This document shows positions 10,075 through 18,193 of a stretch of 64,000 bases of DNA, one piece after another; position 1 is the stretch's first letter, and every line of letters starts with the position of its first letter. Position numbers and translations under genes: made by a program. This stretch comes from a virus: the IMG/VR virus record IMGVR_UViG_3300045131_002929, positions 82,618 to 146,617 of that record, one strand, 5' to 3'. The notes below the pieces were generated by a model. It was given only the letters and a program-made list of their open reading frames with translations, did no database searches and had not been told where the DNA came from.

Positions 10075-10405
10075 GCGTCGCGCGCGAATATAGTATTATC
10101 TTATTTTTAGTATTTAATAATACTCTTAAGATTTATCCTATTTCGCGCGCGTGTGTGTGCACGCCCGCGTACGCGCCTGCGATAAGTATTATTCTTATTA
10201 AAACTATTAAACTGTAAGAATAAGAGTAATACCTTTCTCGCGCGCGTGCATGGGCGCAGGTGCGGGGGCGTGCAGGCCTGGGCGTGCGGGCGCCTTTTAA
10301 GAATAAAAATATATATTTTATTTATGCAGCTTCGCTGCTAATAAATAAAAATATATTACGAAAACGAAGGCGTTTTTGAAAAAGAAATTTGGAAAATTGT
10401 GAAAT
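10075..10405. other. candidate replication origin (AT-rich blocks alternating with CG/TG purine-pyrimidine blocks)
   Basis: Only long strongly AT-rich non-coding tract in the window; lies just upstream of the replication operon near the strand switch. Confidence 0.55.
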
Positions 10406-10473
10406 CGATCGGAGAGCCTCCGCTCGGGTGGGGGCTGCGCCCCCCCTCGCTGGGCTCCGAAGATCGAAGCCAT

Positions 10474-10652
10474 GGGAGCTCGGAGCTCGGAGCTCGGATC
10501 ATTCACAGCTAGCCGGCTTCGAAGCCTGGGCTAACATTCAGCTTCGAAGCTTGGGCTAACATTCAGCTTCGAAGCTCGGATCATTCACAGCTAGCCGGCT
10601 TCGAAGCCTGGGCTAACATTCAGCTTCGAAGCCTGGGCTAACATTCAGCTGC
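10474..10652. repeat. composite tandem repeat (82-nt period; 25-nt subunit) carrying five GCTTCGAAGC palindromes
   Basis: Palindromes at 10516, 10541, 10566, 10598 and 10623; GGAGCTC x3 in front. Confidence 0.9.
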
Positions 10653-10682
10653 GACAACCAACCAACCGAACAAGGAGGCCGA

Positions 10683-11753
10683 ATGTCCAGAATCATCTTC
10701 ATCGGGGACGGCCACATGTCCGAGCTCGCCTGGAAGTCCAGGCCTTCAGCTCGGTGGGACGCGAAGTCCGCCCTGCTGGCCATCGTCGGCGCGGAACGCG
10801 GCAGGGCCGACGCGCTCGTCTTCTGCGGGGACTGCTTCGACAGCAGAAGGCCCTCGCCGGACGAGTTCAAAGCCATGGCGGACTGCCTCGACGGCAGCGG
10901 CCTCAGGGTCCTGCACGTCCAGGGCAACCACGACAAATGCCGCGGCGAAGGCTGGATGAGCCTGCTAGGCTCGGAAAGCCTGCACGGCCGGGTCGTCGAC
11001 GTCAGCGGGGTCAAGCTGGCCGGGGTGGACCACAGCGGCCCGGACGAGCTGGAGGCCGTGCTAGGCGGGATCTGCGACAGCGGGCCTTTCGACGTCCTAG
11101 TCCTGCACCAGGCGCTCAGCGAGGCCGGCAGCAGGGAGCCGGGATGCCTCAGCAAGGCGGACGTCCCGCACTGCGCCCGGATCGGCATGGTGGTCGGCCA
11201 CACCCACAACCCGATGGCCTGCCGGGACTCCGAGGGCCGCTGGGTCGTCAGCCCGGGCTGCACCCACCGGCGCAAGGTGGACGAGCCGCCCGGCACGTAC
11301 GCCGTCCTCGAGGACGGCGCGTTCAGCTCGGAGCGCGTCCAGTGGGGCCGGGAGCTGCTCGAGCTGACCGCCGAGGCGGCCGCGGCCCGCGAGGAGCCCG
11401 CGGCCGATCCGCCGCAGCTGGCCAGAGTGCGCGGGGCCGACCCGCGCACTCTGGCGAAAGCCTGCAACAGGCTGGCCAAGCTCGGCCTGCTGGTCTTCCC
11501 GCAGCTCGAGGCGGGTCCCGGCAGGGAGGCCGTGAAGGTCAGCGTCGGCGAGCTGTGCAGGCTCGAAGACGCGATATCGTCGTTCGCCAGCTCGCCGGAC
11601 ATGGCGGGCTTCCTGCTGGCCGCCTGCTCCGAGGGCGTCAGGGAGGTCGATCACAGGTCGGAGGTCATGCGGTCCGAGCGGGCCGAACTCGAAAGGAGGC
11701 TGGCAGATGCCCAGGCTGTTAGGAATGCGGGCGTCCAATCTGGGCGTCCATGA
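10683..11753 (+). CDS. Mre11/SbcD-like metallophosphoesterase nuclease
   Basis: IGDGH, CGDCFD, QGNHD, LHQ and GHTH motifs; SD AAGGAGG. Confidence 0.85.
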   Translation: MSRIIFIGDGHMSELAWKSRPSARWDAKSALLAIVGAERGRADALVFCGDCFDSRRPSPDEFKAMADCLDGSGLRVLHVQGNHDKCRGEGWMSLLGSESLHGRVVDVSGVKLAGVDHSGPDELEAVLGGICDSGPFDVLVLHQALSEAGSREPGCLSKADVPHCARIGMVVGHTHNPMACRDSEGRWVVSPGCTHRRKVDEPPGTYAVLEDGAFSSERVQWGRELLELTAEAAAAREEPAADPPQLARVRGADPRTLAKACNRLAKLGLLVFPQLEAGPGREAVKVSVGELCRLEDAISSFASSPDMAGFLLAACSEGVREVDHRSEVMRSERAELERRLADAQAVRNAGVQSGRP

Positions 11754-13722
11754 GACGCTCGAGGTGGCGTTCCCGTCGGGGATGACGCTGCTCAGAGGCC
11801 GCAACGGGTCCGGCAAGAGCACGATGCTCGCCGGCCTTTTTTTCGCCTTGGCGGGCGACCACCCCGAGGAGGGCAAGACCAAGGCCTCGCTGCTGGCGTG
11901 GGGCGCCAGGAAAGGCTGGGTCGAGGTCGACTTCGAGGCCGAGGGCAAGGCCTACAAGGTCCGCCGCGCGCTGGACGCGGCCGCCGCGTCGCTGGAGGGC
12001 GGCGAGGCTAAGATCACAGGCGCCAAGAACGTCGACGCCGCGGTGGCCGACCTGCTCGGCATGGACCGCGACTCGCTGCTGCTGGCCGCCTTCATGAGCC
12101 AGCGGGACAGCACGGACATCCTCACGGCCACGGAGTCCAAACGGCTCAGGGAATGGGCGCGGCTGGCCGGCTTCAAGCACGCCGAGCGCGTCAGGGAGCG
12201 GCTGCGGGCGGCCTCGGCCGAGATACCGCCGCGGCAGGACATGGCGCAAAGGCTGGAGGCGCTGCGGGCCAGCTTGGCGGATAACGAGAAAAGAACGGCG
12301 GCGGTGGAAGCCTCGCTAGCGCCCCTGGCAGAAACGGCAGCGGCCGCAAAAGCCGCGGCCCTCGTCTATATACCCTCCGGCATCAAAGCCTCTGAAAAGG
12401 CCCTCAGAATCGCTGAAAACGCCATTAGCCTCGAAAAGACGCTGGTGGGGCTTATGGCGCTGCCGCCTAGGGCCGAGGTCAAACCGCCGCCCGACGCCGG
12501 GCTGCGGGCCAAGGCGGCGGCCTGGTCCAGGGCGTACGAGCTGGCCGGCGCGATCGCCGAGGCGGAGCAGGGCTTGAAGGCCATGCCCGAAGCGGCGGCC
12601 GTCGAGCGGGAGCTGGCCACGGCGCGGCAGGAGGCGGAGGCCGAGACGGTCCGGTCCGGCCTATCCGCCGTCAGGTCCGGCCTGAAGGCGGGCATGACGT
12701 GTCCGGTCTGCGACAGCATCCTGGCAGCCGATCCGGGCCAGATCCTATCGATAGGTTCAAACCACAGGGCGGCGGCGCGCAGGCTGGAGTCGGAGCTCGC
12801 GGCCAGAAGAAAAGCCGACGACAGACTGGCGGGCCTGAGGGCGGATTTCGATAAGTCGGCGGCGATGGCGGCGGGCTTCGACAAAGTGGCGTACGACGCG
12901 GCGATGACGGCCGCGGAGGGCGCGGCGCTCGCGGCGCGGGGCAACAAGGCCCGCGACGAGCTGGAGGCCGAGGTCGTCAGGCTGCACGAGGCGGGCCTGC
13001 GGTTAAAGGATATCGCGGCCGTGCCGGACGACACGCCGGACCCCGCTCTGCTCAGAAAAGCCGCCGACGATGCTTCTATTATTCTAATAGAAGCAAAATC
13101 CGAGCTTAGACACTTGCAAAGCTTGAAGGCGATGCTAGTTTTAGAGCTGTCTGAGATCGAGGCTTGGGAGGCGTTGCGGGCGGTGGAGGACGCGCAGCGG
13201 TCGTTTCTGGAGGGATCCAGGGCGGCGCTCGCTCCGGACGCGGCGCCAAGGGCCGCGGCGGCCGCGCTGGCCGCCCCGCTGGCCCAGGCCGTGTCGGCCC
13301 AGCTGTTCATGATGGGCGCCCCCTTCTCGCTATCGATAACCAGCGAGCTGGAGCCGCGGGCCGTGAAGGACGGCCGTAACGTGTCGCCGAGGGATCTATC
13401 AGGCGGCCAGCGGGCCATGCTGGCGGTGGCCGTGAGGCTGGCGCTGGTCGAGACGCTGGCGGGCGGGGTGCCTTTCCTGGTGCTGGACGAGCCCACGCCG
13501 CATCTCGACGAGCCGAACAGGGAGGCGCTCGCGGCGGCTTTGACGGCCACCAGGGACTCGCTGGCGGCCTCGGGGATCCAGATGATAGTGTGTTCGCACG
13601 AGCAGGAGCTGCTGCCGGCGGCCGACGCCGAGATAGTGTTCCAACAGGTTGGAAAGAAGGTGGCAGATGCTGACGATATCAGGGAACCTCGCGATGGTGG
13701 CGCCGTGGGAGCCGACGCTTGA
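11707..13722 (+). CDS. Rad50/SbcC-like SMC ATPase
   Basis: Walker A GRNGSGKS, coiled coil with CPVC zinc hook, LSGGQ signature, LVLDEPT Walker B, H-loop. Confidence 0.9.
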   Translation: MPRLLGMRASNLGVHETLEVAFPSGMTLLRGRNGSGKSTMLAGLFFALAGDHPEEGKTKASLLAWGARKGWVEVDFEAEGKAYKVRRALDAAAASLEGGEAKITGAKNVDAAVADLLGMDRDSLLLAAFMSQRDSTDILTATESKRLREWARLAGFKHAERVRERLRAASAEIPPRQDMAQRLEALRASLADNEKRTAAVEASLAPLAETAAAAKAAALVYIPSGIKASEKALRIAENAISLEKTLVGLMALPPRAEVKPPPDAGLRAKAAAWSRAYELAGAIAEAEQGLKAMPEAAAVERELATARQEAEAETVRSGLSAVRSGLKAGMTCPVCDSILAADPGQILSIGSNHRAAARRLESELAARRKADDRLAGLRADFDKSAAMAAGFDKVAYDAAMTAAEGAALAARGNKARDELEAEVVRLHEAGLRLKDIAAVPDDTPDPALLRKAADDASIILIEAKSELRHLQSLKAMLVLELSEIEAWEALRAVEDAQRSFLEGSRAALAPDAAPRAAAAALAAPLAQAVSAQLFMMGAPFSLSITSELEPRAVKDGRNVSPRDLSGGQRAMLAVAVRLALVETLAGGVPFLVLDEPTPHLDEPNREALAAALTATRDSLAASGIQMIVCSHEQELLPAADAEIVFQQVGKKVADADDIREPRDGGAVGADA

Positions 13723-15109
13723 GCCTTCGCTCACGGTCAGGCGCAAAATATTCGATCCGCGCTCCAAGACGCCGACTGAGAAGCTCGAGCTGCTGTATTC
13801 GGTCGACAAGTCCGGAGTCGGCGGCTACGTGCCGGCGGGGCTTGCCGAGCGGGTAGCGCGGGCGCTCGTCAAGATGAGGGGCGCGTGTCCGATCAAAGAC
13901 CTGCGCAAGTGGGCGGCGCTGCCGACGCCGGACTGGTCCAGGATAGACCTCACCAAGCTGCGCGACGGCCAGGCCGAGCTGCTGGCCGCGGTGGCTTCGA
14001 GTCATAGCGGCGTCATCGTGGCGCCGCCGGGGTTCGGCAAGAGCACCTGCCTGTGCTTCATGTGCATGGTGTACCCGGACGCCGTCATCGTGGTGGCCAC
14101 GCCGAGGGTGTCCGTCGTGCGGACCATAGCGGACAGGATGAAGACCTTTCCGGCTTTGGACGGCCAGGTGGGCGTCATGTGCACCGGCAGGAACGACGGA
14201 TGGACGAACCGCATCACGGTGACGACGACCAAGGGCATGGAGAAGGCGCGGTACGCCGACTGCGACCTGCTGGTGCTCGACGAGTGCCACTGCGCGGCCG
14301 CTCCGGGGGTATCCACGGCGCTGGCCAAGTTCCACGAGGCCCGCAAGTGGGGGCTTAGCGCGTCGCCCACGGGCCGAGGGGATAACGCCGACCTGCTGCT
14401 GGAGGCTTTGATCGGACCCGTCCGGTTCGAGCATACCTACCAGCAGGCCGTGTCGTCCAAGTCCATCGTGCAGATCGACGCCATGGTGGTGCGCAACAAG
14501 GAGCCGAGCCCCGGCAACTACGGGACGCGGATAGCCATGAAGCGGCACTGCGTGTGGCGCAACAACAAGCGCAACGACCTGATCGCCTCCGCGGCCAGGA
14601 TATGCAGCAATCAAGGCCAGACGCTGATCATGTGCGAGACGGTGGAGCACGTCATGGAGCTGCGCAAGCGGCTGCCTGGCTGGGTCACCGTGTATGCGGC
14701 CTGCGACAAGGCCCGCTACCAGGGCTTCGTAGACAAAGGCATGACGGACGAGCCATTGAAAAGCGCCGACGACCTCATCGAAGTTCAGAAGAAATTTGAG
14801 CGCGGTGAGATCAATAGAGCTATAACCACGATGACATGGCGTGAAGGAGTAGATTTTGTCAAACTAGCCTTCCTGGTGAGGGCCGACTCTATGTCGGGCG
14901 AGATACCGGCCATACAGATAACCGGCCGGCTCAGCCGCACGAACAAAGGCAAAAGCACAGGAATACTGGTGGATTTCCTCGACGAGGCGGACACTCAAAT
15001 GCGCGCCTCGGCCTGGAAAAAGATCAAGCTCTACAAAGCCAAAGGTTGGAACGTCAACGTGATAGACGGTGTGGACAAGCTCAAGAACCTAGTCGAGGTG
15101 GAGTTTTAA
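13667..15109 (+). CDS. superfamily 2 DExH helicase (UvsW-like)
   Basis: APPGFGKS, LDECH, GLSASP, EGVD, QITGRLSR. Confidence 0.88.
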   Translation: MLTISGNLAMVAPWEPTLEPSLTVRRKIFDPRSKTPTEKLELLYSVDKSGVGGYVPAGLAERVARALVKMRGACPIKDLRKWAALPTPDWSRIDLTKLRDGQAELLAAVASSHSGVIVAPPGFGKSTCLCFMCMVYPDAVIVVATPRVSVVRTIADRMKTFPALDGQVGVMCTGRNDGWTNRITVTTTKGMEKARYADCDLLVLDECHCAAAPGVSTALAKFHEARKWGLSASPTGRGDNADLLLEALIGPVRFEHTYQQAVSSKSIVQIDAMVVRNKEPSPGNYGTRIAMKRHCVWRNNKRNDLIASAARICSNQGQTLIMCETVEHVMELRKRLPGWVTVYAACDKARYQGFVDKGMTDEPLKSADDLIEVQKKFERGEINRAITTMTWREGVDFVKLAFLVRADSMSGEIPAIQITGRLSRTNKGKSTGILVDFLDEADTQMRASAWKKIKLYKAKGWNVNVIDGVDKLKNLVEVEF

Positions 15110-15110
15110 G

Positions 15111-15611
15111 ATGGACGAGCATGACGAGATGCTGGCGCTGCTCGGCGGTCCCTACAGGATCACGGGCAACCCAGGCTGGCCGGGGCTTAAAGCCAGGCTC
15201 GACGCCATGGGCGCCACCTGGCCGGAGTTCCTGCGCGCGGTCTCGTACGAGGCCGGCGCCTCGAAGCTCGTACCGGGCTTCCTCGTGTCGCCGGCCGCCT
15301 TCGAGCTGTTCGCCAGGGCGCGCGAGACGCAGCTGGCCGAGAATGAGATGCGCTGCCAGATGCAGCGCAGGCGGGTGCTGACCCTTCTCAGGGAAGGCAG
15401 GACCCCTGACGACATAGCGTCGGACGGAACGGAGTGCCTCTGCGCGGTGCTACGCTACTTCCTCGCTAGAATGGCCGAATCGCCCGACGCGGACGCGCTA
15501 AAGGCTGGAGCCAAGCACGAGGATGAGGCCAATCCAGACCTCACCTCGAAAATAGTAGGATGGGACCCAGAATGGCAAGAGTATCTGACAGAACTCCGCC
15601 ACCGCAGCTAG
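15111..15611 (+). CDS. hypothetical protein in the replication operon
   Basis: Tightly packed between two helicases; GC3-biased codons. Confidence 0.65.
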   Translation: MDEHDEMLALLGGPYRITGNPGWPGLKARLDAMGATWPEFLRAVSYEAGASKLVPGFLVSPAAFELFARARETQLAENEMRCQMQRRRVLTLLREGRTPDDIASDGTECLCAVLRYFLARMAESPDADALKAGAKHEDEANPDLTSKIVGWDPEWQEYLTELRHRS

Positions 15612-17080
15612 AGCTGACCAAGACCAGCTACGACGTGCTGGCCATGCACGTGGTCAGGGACCCTGTGGTGTTCGCGGAGTTCTGTGAGCGCACCAGCCCG
15701 ACCACGTTCGACAAGGTGCTCTACATGCCGCACGACATGATAGCGGAGGCGGCTGCCAGGGTATACAGGGAGACCAAGGAGCTGCCCGGTCCGCTATTCC
15801 TCCGCAGCAAGCTGCTGGAGGTGCTGAGCGAGCATACGCTGCCTGACGAGGCCAAGGCTGCGACGCTGGCCTTTTTCGACATGGCGGCGGCGGTCGGCGA
15901 GGAGTATCTGACGAGGTCTTGGGCTCTCAAGATACTGTCGGCGGTCATCTCCGCGCAGGTGGCGAAGCGCTCGGGCGAGAAGCTGATGCGCGCGCTGGAG
16001 CAAGGCTCCAACCTGGACCACGCGTTCGAGCAGATCATGGCCGACAAGGACCGGCGCCTGAGCGGAATAGGCTCCAAGAAGTCCGGGATAAACCCGTTCG
16101 AGTGCATGGAGCGGCTCATGGTGAAGTCCGAGTACCACGCGACGGGCGTGGACTTCCTGGACGTGGTGCTAGGCGGCGGGTTCCGGCGCGGCGACCTGGT
16201 CGCGCTGCTCGGCGGAACCAGTGGCGGCAAGACCACCCTGGCGCTGCAGGTGGCGTTCGAGTGGATCCGGCAGGGGCCGGACAGGCACACCGTGGTGTGC
16301 TCGTACGAGCAGCCGGCCGAGGGCGACATAGCCGAGAGGCTGATGACGCTGGCCACCGGCATGCCCTCCTCGAACTTCAGGGGCAGGCCTTTCGCGGATA
16401 TCGACCACGCCGCGATAGACATCTTCAACAAGAGGCTGTCGGCGGACCAGCGGTCGCGCTTCCACTTCAAGGACATGTCGGAGGGGGAGCACGGCAGGCG
16501 CGGCATGGCCGACATCAAGGCGGCGCTGGCCGAGTTCGGCTGCCCGCGGCATGACGGCGCCCCCACGCTGGTCGTGCTGGACTGGCTGCAGCCGCTGCTT
16601 CAGCGGGCCATGTCCGGCTCGGGCCGGGAGGCTTCGGACTCGTCGCAGCTTCGACTGTACGGCGGCATGTTCATGGACGAGCTGAAGTCGTTCAAAAACA
16701 AAGAGAACGTGTGCGTGTTCATAACGCACCAGCTGAGTTCTGAGGCCGCGGCGGCGGCGCCGAGCCGCAAGCCTGTGTGCCAGGACGCCGCCGAGTGGAA
16801 GGGCTTCGCCAATCTTACCGACCTGACGTTCGCGCTCGGGACGCTGTCGGACGAGTATGTGGCGTGGCTCGTGGCGAGCAAGACCCGCGGGATAGCCAAG
16901 CAGTCGCGCTTCCTGAAGCTGAAGGGCGAGCTTTGCCGCTGGGTGGACGCGGAGTCCGAGTACATGGTGTCGTCGTCAGGGAAAGTCGTGTCGAAGGACA
17001 TGGAGATGGAGGACGACTCCGAGCCGCCGCAGAGGCGCGGCGGCTACCGGCCGACTGCGGCCTCGCAGTTCATGCGCTAA
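15560..17080 (+). CDS. DnaB-like replicative helicase
   Basis: TGVDFLDVVLGGGF, Walker A GGTSGGKT, SYEQ, VVLDWL, THQL, KTR; adjacent to the primase. Confidence 0.82.
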   Translation: MGPRMARVSDRTPPPQLELTKTSYDVLAMHVVRDPVVFAEFCERTSPTTFDKVLYMPHDMIAEAAARVYRETKELPGPLFLRSKLLEVLSEHTLPDEAKAATLAFFDMAAAVGEEYLTRSWALKILSAVISAQVAKRSGEKLMRALEQGSNLDHAFEQIMADKDRRLSGIGSKKSGINPFECMERLMVKSEYHATGVDFLDVVLGGGFRRGDLVALLGGTSGGKTTLALQVAFEWIRQGPDRHTVVCSYEQPAEGDIAERLMTLATGMPSSNFRGRPFADIDHAAIDIFNKRLSADQRSRFHFKDMSEGEHGRRGMADIKAALAEFGCPRHDGAPTLVVLDWLQPLLQRAMSGSGREASDSSQLRLYGGMFMDELKSFKNKENVCVFITHQLSSEAAAAAPSRKPVCQDAAEWKGFANLTDLTFALGTLSDEYVAWLVASKTRGIAKQSRFLKLKGELCRWVDAESEYMVSSSGKVVSKDMEMEDDSEPPQRRGGYRPTAASQFMR

Positions 17081-17100
17081 CAGAAAGGAACAAATGCCAA

Positions 17101-18156
17101 GTGCTTAACAACCCCCTATATGACGCGCTGCGCAAGCTCTACGGCAAGGTCCAGGTGGCCTGCGAGGGCGAGCAGGGCGTCATCACGGAGACGACGCGCG
17201 GCGATGGATGCCTGATCGCGACCCGCGCGTCGGGCGGCGAGCAGTACAAGCTGAACTGCCCGGTCTGCGGGGACACGCGCGGGCGGCTGTACATCAGCCA
17301 CTGGGCGTACCGCGTCATGACGAAGTCCGAAAAAAGACTGTGCACGAACGGGCTCATGCTCTGCCACAACGAGAAGTGCGACCTGCAGGATGTCAGATCC
17401 GCCATAGGCCGCGCCATCGGCCAGATGGAGGCCGGGACCATCCGACAGTGCGACATCGCGGCGGCCAAGAAGACGAAGATCATGGAACTGCCCGACAACG
17501 CGGTGCCTATCAACTCGATGGACGCGCCGGCGGCCTGCAAGGAGTATCTGGAGGACAGAGGCTTCGCGTTGGAAAGCCTCTACAGGGACTTCAAGGTCCA
17601 CGCCGTCGAGCGGCTGAAGGAATACCCGGAGCACGGCCCGAAGATCATATACCCGGTCTACTGGAACGGGGAGTGCGTCTTCTGGCAGGCCAGGCTTACC
17701 TACACGCCGACCAAGGAGCAGGCCCGGGCAGGGCATCACAAGTACTACATAACCCCTGGCGCGAAGAAGTCCGACTACCTGTACAACAGGGACGGGGCTT
17801 TGAAGTCGCTGGCGGAGGCCAGGCCCGGCGCCACCCGCTTTGTTGTTCTAACAGAAGGTGTTACCGACGTTCAACGCGTCGGGACCTGCGCTATGGCGTT
17901 CTTCGGCAAAGCGCCGTCGACCACCCAGCGGCAGATCATACGCTGGACGCCGCTGCACAGGGCCACCGGCATCCTGCTGCTGGACCCGGACGCGGCCGAC
18001 GACGCGGACGAGTTCATGGCGGAGAACGGCGGCACGAATCTATTCGCGGGCGGGCTGTACAGGGTCGACCTGCAGGACAAGGATCCGGCGGAGCACACCA
18101 CCGGCGAGATATGGAACAAGATAATCAAAGCTGTAAGCGCCGGCCAGGCCGGATAA
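17101..18156 (+). CDS. DNA primase (Zn finger plus TOPRIM)
   Basis: CPVCGD...CHNEKC, VLTEGVTD, LLDPDA, KDPAE; GTG start after GAAAGGA. Confidence 0.82.
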   Translation: MLNNPLYDALRKLYGKVQVACEGEQGVITETTRGDGCLIATRASGGEQYKLNCPVCGDTRGRLYISHWAYRVMTKSEKRLCTNGLMLCHNEKCDLQDVRSAIGRAIGQMEAGTIRQCDIAAAKKTKIMELPDNAVPINSMDAPAACKEYLEDRGFALESLYRDFKVHAVERLKEYPEHGPKIIYPVYWNGECVFWQARLTYTPTKEQARAGHHKYYITPGAKKSDYLYNRDGALKSLAEARPGATRFVVLTEGVTDVQRVGTCAMAFFGKAPSTTQRQIIRWTPLHRATGILLLDPDAADDADEFMAENGGTNLFAGGLYRVDLQDKDPAEHTTGEIWNKIIKAVSAGQAG

Positions 18157-18193
18157 CAGGAACGAAACAACAGGAGGAAGAGGGCATGCGAAC

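Noticed and set aside
10474-10652. CRISPR array
   Set aside because: The sequences between palindromes are themselves repeated, there are no unique spacers, and no cas genes are present
13072-13094. Inverted repeat GCTTCTATT-N5-AATAGAAGC within the SbcC-like gene
   Set aside because: Single occurrence inside a coding region with no U-tract or other support
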